The translations under genes were made by a program, and so were the position numbers. DNA of 64,000 bases, taken from positions 1 through 64,000 of the forward strand of contig JAHLTZ010000041.1 of assembly GCA_025786725.1 (NCBI GenBank). The letters run 5' to 3'. This document shows positions 26,606-39,300 of this stretch, piece by piece. The stretch's first letter is position 1; every line of letters begins with the position of its first letter. The notes under the pieces are model-generated. The model had not been told where the DNA came from. It worked only from the letters and a program-made list of their open reading frames with translations, and searched no databases. The stretch is from Syncephalis fuscata S228. Its lineage: Eukaryota; Fungi; Zoopagomycota.

Positions 26606-28710
26606 ATGTTCCCGTCTTCTTCGCCATTCTATTTTCAACCACTTCCACTTTCATCGAACGATGAAGTTGAAACATTTACTACAATGCCGGGAGAATCGAT
26701 TCTCTTGATGAAGCGTCAAGTTGGTCTATATCTCGGGTTAGTGCTAGTGCAGATTGAATCACTGGACACTCTAACCATAACTAATGTGAATAGTAAAGTA
26801 CGTTGTCAAGCATTTGATAGCGGCACTGTCTATTTGACCAACCAGCGTATTATCTACATTGATGCTCAGCTGCCTAAACAAAAAAGATTTTCAGTATCGC
26901 TTGCCTTAGTAAAACGAGTGGATGGCTTTGTAAGTAATAGAATGGCTGTATAGATTAAATGTTAATAGAGAATTCCTGTAATACAGCCAGGTTTTATTAA
27001 CTCTTCACCAAAAATCACTCTCTATTTAATAGAAAACCGTAATAACGATACTGCGTGGATTGATTCTCATAATAGCAATAATAGTAAAAGTAGTCATAGT
27101 AAAAACACCAATAACACTTTATCCAGCACTGTTACACACACAAAAAAGAATTTCGAATGGATATGTAGTGTTTGTGCCTGTCCTAACACAGGAACAACAA
27201 ATAAATGTCATCTTTGCGGTACAATCAATCGATTGGTAGCTATTCAGATTGAAGAAACAACAAATACCACCATGTTGAATGAAACAACAGTTATTAATTA
27301 TAATGAAGAAACGGCCGAAGGCATTACATGTACAACATGTACATTTTTAAATCATATTAGTATGGTTCAATGCGAAATGTGTGATACGCCGTTATTCAAG
27401 GATGACAGTAGCAGTACAACAGCATGGGAAGTTGTTGAGAATGAGCGTATGGGACAGTTGCCAGATGAAAGTGACGTTTCAAGTATTAAGTTGTCATTTC
27501 GAGATGGTGGACAACCAGCATTTATGGGTGCTCTTAATAAATTGCTAATAGATCAGCCTTGGGAAGTATGTGGCGAGTGTTTATTAAGATAAAAACTAAC
27601 AAATGTCCATTAGGCACAAAAATTAGAAGAGACTATAGTTAATTTAGAACAATCGGGTGGCATTAGTAAGTTGGTGTACAATGACAAATTAAGTAGACTG
27701 ATTAATATGTGTAAATAGATAGGATTTTACAAAAAATAGATCGGGATGAACAGCACACTGATAAAACACTATCGGATGCGTTTGCCGATTTAGATACATT
27801 AATGACAAAAGCATCAGAATTGGTAATGGTGATTAAAACGATTAAGCAGTTTGTAATTAATTAAATATTAGGTTTCATTAGCCGAATCCATCACAGGCAA
27901 ATTAGGTGTATCATCTAATGCATCGAGCAAGAATGAAGTGACACTAGCATCATTATTAACACAGCTAGATATTCATAATCCGGTGACCAAGTATGTGTTC
28001 CTGGATACAATGTAGTAACAGATTGCTTAAACCAACAACTAGAGATATGGCTGGTGATGCTTATTATGAAGAGCTGGCCCGAGAATTTGCCGGATTTATG
28101 CTGCCTGTATTAAATTCTAAAAGTGGTATGGTTGCTTTGGCCGATGCCTATTGTCTATTTAATCGTGCTCGTGGTGTTGGTATGTAGTATCAAATTAGAT
28201 TTGATTAAACTGATCTAGACAATTTACAAATGGCAATAACAGAATTGGTATCTCCTCAAGATTTACGAAAGGCCTGTGATTTGGCAGATGCTATGGATCT
28301 TCCTGTGCATATCCGACAATTTGCTAGTGGTTTACTAGCGGTACAGCATGATATCCTTTAATGATGCAATTTATTTAGCAAAATGAAGCGATTATCTTAC
28401 ATTATTTTGTTTACCTAATCAAAGCGATATGGCTATTGCCGATCGTATTGCGGCCACTATTCCAAGTGACGGGTCCATTTCAAGTACCGAGCTGGCCAGA
28501 CTATTAGAAATATCGCCAACACTGGCAACAGAACAGTTATTGGTAAGTGGCTATTTTTATTAATAGATTAATACTTATATGTGGTTTTAGATGGCAGAGA
28601 AGCTAGGGACGATTTGCCGAGAAGAAACGGCACATTCGTTACGGTTTTACATTAATCAAATACAACTATGCACATGGAAATTTGATAGAAGTAGTATAAT
28701 GATTGCTTAA
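26606..28710 (+). CDS. VPS36: ESCRT-II subunit Vps36 (GLUE, two NZF zinc fingers, winged-helix); contains an AT-AC intron
   Basis: GTVYLTNQRIIY, SSPKITL, WICSVC..CHLCG, CTTCTFLN..CEMC, KLSFRDGG, AFADLDTLMTKA, YCLFNRARG, LVSPQDL. Confidence 0.9.
28351..28414 (+). other. U12-type (minor spliceosome) AT-AC intron, 64 nt
   Basis: 5' ATATCCTTTA; branch-like TATCTTAC about 15 nt before the terminal TTTAC; removal restores the Vps36 frame. Confidence 0.8.
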
Positions 28711-29484
28711 TATTAAGTTTTGACTATCTACACTGTAGTGTTTCTGGTAATAAAATAACTACTTTTACCATAATATTGTTACAATTCTGGTTAAATAAAT
28801 TGCAGCTTAGATGAACAATTAACTCTTTATCCTGGTGTTATTATATAGCTTTAGTCTTTGATATGCGCTAATACTTATCTTAATGCCTAGAATACAATGT
28901 GTTAATTAATTGATATTGTTTTGATAATAAAATTGCTCCTTATTAACCATTATTTTATACAGCTCAACTATAGCAAACTAAATAATTTATGTAATAAGTA
29001 GAAATATAGTAAAACTAAAACTGTGTTGTTTTTATTAAACAACGCGATCGTTTTATAACGAGTATGCCTAATAATGGAGTCTAGATGCTTTATACTGTTC
29101 ATCATTAACTCAGCGTATCAGCTTGTGTAACTGCTCATATATTAAAAAGTAACAGAGATTTATTCATTGTGTCTTCGTAATAGTTATTTGTTGTTAGTAA
29201 TCAATGCTGATATTTGATATATATTATTCTTGTGGCATTTGCATGTAATATGTTTTTCATTTATATAATGCATTTCTTAGTTACATTAGCATAACAACAT
29301 GATTGTAATGCTGGGATTGTAACAATAGAACCATTGTAAATATGTAGTATTTTTTGATTTCAATAGCTATGGTTGTAGTGAAAATAGCTTATCTTTAGCT
29401 GTATTATTTTTAAATGCCAATATAACTCTAATCTACAAATTTAAGTGTAAAATAATTGCGCAATACTATGGCAGTATGCAACAG

Positions 29485-30476
29485 TATTAAATATTGATTT
29501 TAATGTAGCTAGGTGACATAACTCACTGAAATGTAACTGAAGAGCAATAGTAATAACTTAATTAATAAACCGTTGACATTACTACGTATAACTTTACGTA
29601 AAATGTAGCAAATTGCATGATGTTTTGCACAGGTGTGCACATAATATAGGTAGCTATTGACAAGGTATGCCGTTATTGCGTTGCTTGATGATGCAATAAC
29701 TGCGATGATACGTTAATAAATGTGTAAAATAGCCGTTTTTTACCGTTTATAACTTATATAAACAAAATACAGCAAAATGCATGCTGGATTCGAGTTCTCT
29801 ATGCTTAGTTGTAAGAATGGTATAAGATTTAAAACAAAAATATTTTCAAAAATATTAGTCAAAATTGCAATCTACGTGTAAATTAGTTAACAAAAGTATA
29901 CTTTATATGTAGAGATATGACACAAGTCGCCAATTTGCATCGGTATTTCTAATATTAACTTTTCATATACTTTTTATAGCGCTTTAGATTGCTTCAGATT
30001 TAACTTGGGTCAAATTCAATCTTCAATATTAAATCTTTAGAATCACGAAGTTTAATTACTTTTTGTTAACTAATTTACACGTAGATTGCAATTTTGACTA
30101 ATATTTTTTGAAAATATTTTTGTTCTAAATCTTATACCATTCTTACAACTAAGCATAGAGAACTCGAATCCAGCATGCATTTTGCTGTATTTTGTTTATA
30201 TAAGTTATAAACGGTAAAAAACGGTTATTTTACACATTTATTAACGTATCATCGCAGTTATTGCATCATCAAGCAACGCAATAGCGGTATACCTTGTCAA
30301 TAGCTACCTATATATTATGTGCACACCTGTGCAAAACATCATGCAATTTGCTACATTTTACGTAAAGTTATACGTAGTAATGTCAACGGTTTATTAATTA
30401 AGTTATTACTATTGCTCTTCAGTCTAAATTTTAGTAAGTTATGTCACCTAACTACATTAAAATTAATATTTTAATA
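29485..30476. repeat. Long inverted repeat (arms ~410 bp: 29485-29898 and 30057-30476; ~160 bp spacer); foldback/MITE-like
   Basis: Arms are near-perfect reverse complements, e.g. gcatgctggattcgagttctctatgcttagttg versus caactaagcatagagaactcgaatccagcatgc; no ORF. Confidence 0.85.
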
Positions 30477-31260
30477 TGGTTATAACTAGTAACAATAAAA
30501 ATGTCAAATCTTCATTATAGTCTTGGTTATTAGAAATAATGATATTACGTTTTATAATAACCATATGTAATAAAATAACAAATAATCCAATCTTATAATG
30601 CGCATAACTATTATGTATTGATGATAAATTATTTATACAATAATTCTGACTATAAAAACGAACATTTGCACGATGGTCATAGTTAATGGCAAGTGAGATA
30701 TGTGTGTAATCAAATGGCTATAGTTGATAATATTTGTTATAAATAATTGATTATGTTATTTTGGATAATAAAATAATCGCATACTTATACTAAACACTAC
30801 ATAGATTGTTAATGCTATTAAAAAAGAGCTCGAATGTCTTCATGTGATAATTATCAATTCATATGACTAACCATAGAGGCTGAATAGCAAATTAATTCAA
30901 AAATCATTTGTAATATTAATGATATGTAATATAATTAAAAATGATTTAATGCCACTATATATTTGCTACTATTCACATGTATACTGGTAACACCATTAGA
31001 CCATATGTATCCATATGTCATACAATCGATAATTTGTTAAATATTCAAGCACGTGACTTATCAGTAGTATTTATAATTATATTTGATTACGTGACATAGT
31101 TGATATAATTAGTGTATCTGTAATACTGGGCACTGCTTTTAGTATATGAAAGCTAAGGCTGATCGTAAACACGTTTTATAAAAATTATATGAGCCATGAA
31201 AGCTATCGCTAGTTATTAAAACAAAATTTTAAATGATAAAAATAAAAAATTGCACGTTGG

Positions 31261-34200
31261 TATTAAAATACTGTGCAATTACTCAAGTTTCGGTAATACC
31301 AAAAGCTTAGGCCTAGCTTCATCTATAAATATACCAATTCATATTAACCTGTTTATTCCTGTATTTTTTAGAACATCGCGTTTTCACAACTACATTAATG
31401 ATAAAAATTTTACTGTTGTATTTACAGCACTTCGCTTTGAATACTTACATTTGTTGGGTATTATTGAACGCTTTCAATAATAAGATTAAGTCGGAATAAA
31501 ATGTTGCAGGTTCTTCTATTTACAACAATAAATATATTTTTAAATGTATAACAGATAATTAAAATGATAAAAAGCCTAAGGATTGACTTGCTCGGTTAAC
31601 AAAATGCCGGTGTGGCCTTACATAAATGAAAAGCACTAAACAGGCATGACAAGAATCAGTACCTTTTTAATCAGAGAATACTGCACCAGAATTCTAATAA
31701 TGTGGAAAATATCCTAATAAGGCAATAGGCATTACACCTTATTACATTGGTAAACGTGAATCTTTTTGTCTCAGCGTCCAAGGCCATGATTGGAACGTTT
31801 ATTCAAAGCAGTGATATAAGCAAAAGGGCAGATACGACTAAAAAGTAAAACCTTATATACTAGGACAAATGTTGTGCATTTTTGTCAAAAACATATCTTT
31901 ACTGCTTAAGATAGCCATTGCTACTTTTTAACGACTCTATATCTTTTATGTTTTATGTTTTCTGCTTTCTAATCTATTGATGAAAGAATAGCTACAATTT
32001 AATTACGCCAAAAATTGTTACCTGAATCTGACAATTTTTATACCACTTACCTTTTTATTCAATATGAAGAGCAGTTTTATTTTGCTTGCAGCTATTGTTC
32101 TTGCTGCACAAAGCGTTGCTGCTCGTCCTAATACTGCAAACGGCGACTGCGGATTTGCTACTTTGAACTGTGTCCGTAACACTAAAAATTGTGGTGTAAC
32201 TGACCAATCTTTAAAAGTTAACGGCTCATGTGTTAATACTATCAAAATCTCTTTTATTCATAACTTTAAGTGCAATATTTTGCATCCTATTTGTTGTGGT
32301 ATAAACAAATGTAAAGCAACAGAAACGGCTCAAATACCTCCACGTGTACCAACGCTACCTGTGCCAGCCCCATCAGCTCCAACTGTCGAACCAGTAAAGC
32401 AGCCGACTCCAGTGACAACATCAACTCCAGTTCTACCTGTGCCAACTCCATCAGTTCCAATTGTTACTCCTCCTGCAAATGAAAGCTGTGGATCTGTTGT
32501 TTTGGGCTGTTTCCGTGACACTGTAAAATGCGGTACACTTGAAGAGCCTTTAAAAGTTAACGGCGTATGCGTTGATACCATCCAGGTTTCTGCCACTCAT
32601 AAGCTTAAATGTGCTGCCTTGCATCCTATCTGTTGCGGTTTAAACAAATGTAAAGTAACAGAAATTTCTCGAACACCTCGACGTGTGCCAACGCTACCTG
32701 TGCCAGCCCCATCAGCTCCAACTGTCGAACCAGTAAAGCTACCTGTGCCAGTAACAACAACAACTCCAGTTCTACCTGTGCCAGCCCCATCAGTTCCAAC
32801 TGTCGAACCAGTAAAGCAACCGACTCCAGTGACAACAACAACAACTCCAGTTCTACCTGTACCGACCCCATCGACTCCAATTGTTACCCCTCCTGCAAAT
32901 GAAAACTGTGGATCTGTTGTTTTGGGCTGTTTCCATAGCACTATAAAATGTGGTACACTTGAAGAGCCTTTAAAAGTTAACGGCGTATGCGTTGATACCA
33001 TCCAGGTCTCTGCCACTCATAATCTTAAATGTGCTGCCTTGCATCCTATCTGTTGCGGTTTAAACAAATGTAAAGTAACAGAAATTTCTCGAACACCTCG
33101 ACGTGTGCCAACGCTACCTGTGCCAGCCCCATCAGCTCCAACTGTCGAACCAGTAAAGCAACCCGTGCCAGTAACAACAACAACTCCAGTTCTACCTGTG
33201 CCAGCCCCATCAGTTCCAACTGTCGAACCAGTAAAGCAACCGACTCCAGTGACAACAACAACAACTCCAGTTCTACCTGTGCCGACCCCATCAACTCCAA
33301 TTGTTACTCCTCCTGCAAATGAAAGCTGTGGATCTGTTGTTTTGGGCTGTTTCCGTGACACTGTAAAATGCGGTACACTTGAAGAGCCTTTAAAAGTTAA
33401 CGGCGTATGCGTTGATACCATCCAGGTTTCTGCCACTCATAAGCTTAAATGTGCTGCCTTGCATCCTATCTGTTGCGGTTTAAACAAATGTAAAGTAACA
33501 GAAATTTCTCGAACACCTCGACGTGTGCCAACGCTACCTGTGCCAGCCCCATCAGCTCCAACTGTCGAACCAGTAAAGCTACCTGTGCCAGTAACAACAA
33601 CAACTCCAGTTCTACCTGTGCCAGCCCCATCAGTTCCAACTGTCGAACCAGTAAAGCAACCGACTCCAGTGACAACAACAACAACTCCAGTTCTACCTGT
33701 ACCGACCCCATCGACTCCAATTGTTACCCCTCCTGCAAATGAAAACTGTGGATCTGTTGTTTTGGGCTGTTTCCATAGCACTATAAAATGTGGTACACTT
33801 GAAGAGCCTTTAAAAGTTAACGGCGTATGCGTTGATACCATCCAGGTCTCTGCCACTCATAATCTTAAATGTGCTGCCTTGCATCCTATCTGTTGCGGTT
33901 TAAACAAATGTAAAGTAACAGAAATTTCTCGAACACCTCGACGTGTGCCAACGCTACCTGTGCCAGCCCCATCAGCTCCAACTGTCGAACCAGTAAAGCA
34001 ACCCGTGCCAGTAACAACAACAACTCCAGTTCTACCTGTGCCAGCCCCATCAGTTCCAACTGTCGAACCAGTAAAGCAACCCGTGCCAGTAACAACAACA
34101 ACTCCAGTTCTACCTGTGCCAACTCCATCGACTCCAATTGTTACTCCTCCTGCAAATGAAAACTGTGGATCTGTTGTTTTGGGCTGTTTCCATAGCACTA

Positions 34201-34946
34201 TAAAATGTGGTACACTTGAAGAGCCTTTAAAAGTTAACGGCGTATGCGTTGATACCATCCAGGTCTCTGCCACTCATAATCTTAAATGTGCTGCCTTGCA
34301 TCCCATCTGTTGCGGTTTAAACAAATGTAAAGTAACAGAAATTTCTCGAACACCCCCACGCGCATCAGTGTAAACATTGACCCCTGCTATCGCTACGCCG
34401 AAGCCATCAATCTAATGACTTAACCATTATAAATGCCAAATTCAGTTATTTCTACATTTATAGCATAATATTATATCACTCGTAGGCCGGTGATAATATG
34501 AATTTCAGTTATAATAAACTAATGTTATTATTAATTTGATCATTTTCAAGTCAATTCTAATTTTATGTCAGTGATTTTATTTAGTTACATCAGCGGCAGC
34601 TTTTGTGTGCACGTTAGTACCGGTCCCTAAACTTGATGGCTATACTTACGATTCCTATTTGATAAAGCTCATACTTATAGTGTCGCTTATTAACTATACA
34701 TGCAGTTTATATTCTGCACTAAACCATAATAAACATTTGTTTTATTGAACATGGGGATGGATGGTGAATGACATCAAGTTCAAAATACTCGTCATCATAG
34801 ATTCATTATCTAGTATGCATATATTCATCATTTACCTATATAACCATTACAATATATAATTATTATAAAGAAAATTGATACAATAAGTTATTTTTTATTA
34901 ATTCAATAAAAAGCGACACTAGTTTACTGCATTCCCATATTTAGTA
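31261..34946 (+). repeat. Segmental duplication unit, copy 2
   Basis: About 800 bp upstream and 575 bp downstream flanks shared with copies 1 and 3. Confidence 0.9.
32064..34373 (+). CDS. Secreted Cys-rich repeat protein, paralog 2 (6 domains)
   Basis: Same signal peptide and domain; 420-bp units arranged in an 840-bp higher-order repeat. Confidence 0.9.
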   Translation: MKSSFILLAAIVLAAQSVAARPNTANGDCGFATLNCVRNTKNCGVTDQSLKVNGSCVNTIKISFIHNFKCNILHPICCGINKCKATETAQIPPRVPTLPVPAPSAPTVEPVKQPTPVTTSTPVLPVPTPSVPIVTPPANESCGSVVLGCFRDTVKCGTLEEPLKVNGVCVDTIQVSATHKLKCAALHPICCGLNKCKVTEISRTPRRVPTLPVPAPSAPTVEPVKLPVPVTTTTPVLPVPAPSVPTVEPVKQPTPVTTTTTPVLPVPTPSTPIVTPPANENCGSVVLGCFHSTIKCGTLEEPLKVNGVCVDTIQVSATHNLKCAALHPICCGLNKCKVTEISRTPRRVPTLPVPAPSAPTVEPVKQPVPVTTTTPVLPVPAPSVPTVEPVKQPTPVTTTTTPVLPVPTPSTPIVTPPANESCGSVVLGCFRDTVKCGTLEEPLKVNGVCVDTIQVSATHKLKCAALHPICCGLNKCKVTEISRTPRRVPTLPVPAPSAPTVEPVKLPVPVTTTTPVLPVPAPSVPTVEPVKQPTPVTTTTTPVLPVPTPSTPIVTPPANENCGSVVLGCFHSTIKCGTLEEPLKVNGVCVDTIQVSATHNLKCAALHPICCGLNKCKVTEISRTPRRVPTLPVPAPSAPTVEPVKQPVPVTTTTPVLPVPAPSVPTVEPVKQPVPVTTTTPVLPVPTPSTPIVTPPANENCGSVVLGCFHSTIKCGTLEEPLKVNGVCVDTIQVSATHNLKCAALHPICCGLNKCKVTEISRTPPRASV

Positions 34947-36319
34947 GGGGAATTTAGGAAAATACACCATTTTTAAATTTTATCATAATAAATTTCTTTT
35001 TTTAAATTTACTAAATTTATTTATTAATTAATCATTTTTTTGTTTGCCCCACACTTCGTTTTTTGTAATGAGGTTTATCACAGACTAAACATTCTTTAAT
35101 GGAACGCTTTATTTTTTAATAGCTGTTTCATTACTAGTTTGTATTTGTTCAATAATAAACGTTTATTACAACAGCAACTACTGTTTCAATACTATTAGTG
35201 CTATTTTACACAGCATATTTTTGTATTGTGTTTTTTAAATGTATTTACCACAGGTATATTGTTGAAAGGCTTTTAACAAATAAATACAATTGACATTGCT
35301 GATAATATTGCTACAATCAACTAAATTACATACATAAGCAAAGGTTTAAATTAAAATTATTGCATTTATTGTGATTAAACTTTTTCCATCAGGCAATTTT
35401 TAGCTTTGTAACATTTATTATTCAATAGTATTGTAAATACATAGTACTGTTACTCAATAATAATAATAAAAATGCCTTTTATAATTCAGTTCATTTTAAT
35501 TTATTATCAGGGTTTATACAGTTACAACTTTTGTTATAAACATGCTAATTTGAGCTACTGTTATAAGTTAGTCATTCAATACTAATAATGGGTTTTATTA
35601 AATTGATATTAAACATCTGACTAAGCTACTATTTCTATTTATTTCAACTTTAGCTGTTTGTTCGAAGCTACATCATTTATTACTAATGTTGTAACAATGT
35701 CATTTTTATCGAATTAAAAGCAAATCAAGCTTTGTAATAAGAAATAATAGCATCTGTTAAGCTGTTACAATTGCTAGTGTATATTGAACAATTAAATATG
35801 TGCTTAATGCTTTTAGTTGTACATTTTTTGGTTTTATATTTGAGAATGTAGCAACATTATATGTAATAGATTTAGTAACAGATTTAATAGTATTATTACC
35901 AGAATTATATGGACAGTCATCAAAATGCTCAAGATTGTATTGAACAATCTTTACCAAGCCAGTTTTCTGCTTTCTGGCAGTCAAGACAAACTGACACTTG
36001 CTGTAATTGTCTTTATGAAAACAAATAAGCTGTAATATTTTTAAATCGATATTTTCTCTTAAAATTGCAATTGCTGGCAAGCTTAAACTCGTCAACGGCA
36101 ATTCTCAGTTTTTTGATACTGGTAAACATAGCTTTTTAAATAGTTTGGTAGACATTGTGGAAAATTTTCAAATAATTTATTTCAATAAATAAAATTTAAA
36201 AATAATGCATTTTACTAATAAATAAATTTAAAAAATTTAAAAAGTGAATTCATTATGATGAAATTAAAAAACGGTATATATTTTTAAATAAAAAACCTGT
36301 GTATTTTTCCAATTTCCTC
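34947..36319 (-). mobile_element. Degenerate, internally deleted Mutator-like (MULE) DNA transposon
   Basis: Imperfect ~90-bp TIRs (ggggaatttaggaaaatacac ... gtgtatttttccaatttcctc, plus matching subterminal AT tract). Minus-strand remnant LICFHKDNYSKCQFVLTARK..VKIVQYNLEHFDDC resembles the MuDR DNA-binding domain; stop-riddled SWIM-like TCGK..LCKIAL further on. Confidence 0.6.
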
Positions 36320-39300
36320 ATTAAAATACTGTGCAATTACTCAAGTTTCGGTAATACCAAAAGCTTAGGCCTAGCTTCATCTATAAATATACCAATTCAT
36401 ATTAACCTGTTTATTCCTGTATTTTTTAGAACATCGCGTTTTCACAACTACATTAATGATAAAAATTTTACTGTTGTATTTACAGCACTTCGCTTTGAAT
36501 ACTTACATTTGTTGGGTATTATTGAACGCTTTCAATAATAAGATTAAGTCGGAATAAAATGTTGCAGGTTCTTCTATTTACAACAATAAATATATTTTTA
36601 AATGTATAACAGATAATTAAAATGATAAAAAGCCTAAGGATTGACTTGCTCGGTTAACAAAATGCCGGTGTGGCCTTACATAAATGAAAAGCACTAAACA
36701 GGCATGACAAGAATCAGTACCTTTTTAATCAGAGAATACTGCACCAGAATTCTAATAATGTGGAAAATATCCTAATAAGGCAATAGGCATTACACCTTAT
36801 TACATTGGTAAACGTGAATCTTTTTGTCTCAGCGTCCAAGGCCATGATTGGAACGTTTATTCAAAGCAGTGATATTAAGCAAAAGGGCAGATACGACTAA
36901 AAAGTAAAACGCTTATATACTAGGACAAATGTTGTGCATTTTTGTCAAAAACATATCTTTACTGCTTAAGATAGCCATTGCTACTTTTTAACGACTCTAT
37001 ATCTTTTATGTTTTATGTTTTCTGCTTTCTAATCTATTGATGAAAGAATAGCTACAATTTAATTACGCCAAAAATTGTTACCTGAATCTGACAATTTTTA
37101 TACCACTTACCTTTTTATTCAATATGAAGAGCAGTTTTATTTTGCTTGCAGCTATTGTTCTTGCTGCACAAAGCGTTGCTGCTCGTCCTAATACTGCAAA
37201 CGGCGACTGCGGATTTGCTACTTTGAACTGTGTCCGTAACACTAAAAATTGTGGTGTAACTGACCAATCTTTAAAAGTTAACGGCTCATGTGTTAATACT
37301 ATCAAAATCTCTTTTATTCATAACTTTAAGTGCAATATTTTGTACCCTATTTGTTGTGGTATAAACCAATGTAAAGCAACAGAAATAACTCAAATACCTC
37401 CACGTGTACCAACGCTACCTGTGCCAGCCCCATCAGTTCCAACTGTTGGACCGGTAAAGCAGCCGACTCCAGTGACAACAACATCAACTCCAGTTCTACC
37501 TGTGCCGACCCCATCAACTCCGATTGTTACTCCTCCTGCAAATGAAAACTGTGGATCTGTTGTTTTGGGCTGTTTCCGTGACACTGTAAAATGCGGTACA
37601 CTTGAACAGCCTTTAAAAGTTAACGGCGTATGCGTTGATACCATCCAGGTTTCTGCCACTCATAAGCTTAAATGTGCTGCCTTGCATCCTATCTGTTGTA
37701 GATTAAACCGCTGTATAGTGAGAGAAATTACTCAAACACCTCCAAGTGTACCAGCGCAACCATCAACTCCAGTTCTACCTGTGCCAACTCCATCAGTTCC
37801 AACTGTCGAACCAGTAAAGCTACCCGTGCCAGTAACAACAACAACCCCAGTTCTACCTGTACCAACTCCATCAGTTCCAACTGTCGAACCAGTAAAGCTA
37901 CCTGTGCCAGTAACAACAACAACCCCAGTTCTACCTGTACCAACTCCATCAGTTCCAACTGTCGAACCAGTAAAGCAACCCGTGCCAGTAACAACAACAA
38001 CTCCAGCTCTACCTGTACCAACTCCATCAGTTCCAACTGTCGAACCAGTAAAGCTACCTGTGCCAGTAACAACAACAACTCCAGCTCTACCTGTACCAAC
38101 TCCATCAGTTCCAACTGTCGAACCAGTAAAGCAACCCGTGCCAGTAACAACAACAACTCCAGCTCTACCTGTACCAAGTCCATCAGTTCCAACTGTCGAA
38201 CCAGTAAAGCAGCCGACTCCAGTAACAACATCAACTCCAGTTCTACCTGTGCCGACCCCATCAACTCCAATTGTTACTCCTCCTGCAAATGAAAACTGTG
38301 GATCTGTTGTTTTGGGCTGTTTCCGTAACACTGTAAAATGTGGTACACTTGAACAGCCTTTAAAAGTTAACGGCGTATGCGTTGATACCATCCAGGTTTC
38401 TGTCACTCATAATCTTAAATGTGCTGCCTTGCATCCTATCTGTTGCGGTATAAACCGCTGTACAACAACAGAAATTTCTCGAACACCTCAACGTGTGCCA
38501 GCGCTACCTGTGCCAACTCCATCAGTTCCAACTGTCGGACCAGTAAAGCAGCCAACTCCAGTGACAACAACAACAACTCCAGTTCTATCTGTGCCAACTC
38601 CATCAGTTCCAACTGTCGAACCAGTAAAGCTACCTGTGCCAGTAACAACAACAACTCCAGCTCTACCTGTGCCAACTCCATCAGTTCCAACTGTCGAACC
38701 AGTAAAGCAGCCGACTCCAGTGACAACAACAACAACTCCAGTTCTACCTGTGCCAACTCCATCAGTTCCAACTGTCGAACCAGTAAAGCAACCCGTGCCA
38801 GTAACAACAACAACTCCAGCTCTACCTGTGCCAACTCCATCAGTTTCAACTGTCGAACCAGTAAAGCAACCCGTGCCAGTAACAACAACAACAACTCCAG
38901 TTCTATCTGTGCCAACTTCATCAGTTCCAACTGTCGAACCAGTAAAGCTACCTGTGCCAGTAACAACAACAACTCCAGCTCTACCTGTGCCAACTCCATC
39001 AGTTCCAACTGTCGAACCAGTAAAGCAGCCGACTCCAGTGACAACATCAACTCCAGTTTTACCTGTGCCAACTCCATCAACTCCAGTTGTTACTCGTCCT
39101 CCTCCTGCAAATGCAGACTGTGGATCTGTTGTTTTGGGCTGTTTCCGTAACACTGTAAAATGTGGTGTACTTGAGCAGCCTTTAAAAGTTAACGGCATAT
39201 GCGTCGATGCTCTCCAGGTCAATGCCATCCATAATCTTGGATGTGCCGCCTTGCATCCCATCTGTTGCGGTTTAAACCGCTGTACAGCAACAGAAATTTC

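Noticed and set aside
31250-31480. ORF repeated at 31250 and 36299
   Set aside because: Non-ATG starts that differ between copies; lies in duplicated AT-rich upstream DNA with no recognisable motif
1049-39261. Many minus-strand and alternate-frame ORFs (MAETWMVSTH..., MELMGSAQ..., MCCLASY...) over the Cys-rich genes
   Set aside because: Shadows of the repetitive sense CDS; they repeat with the same period and have no independent features
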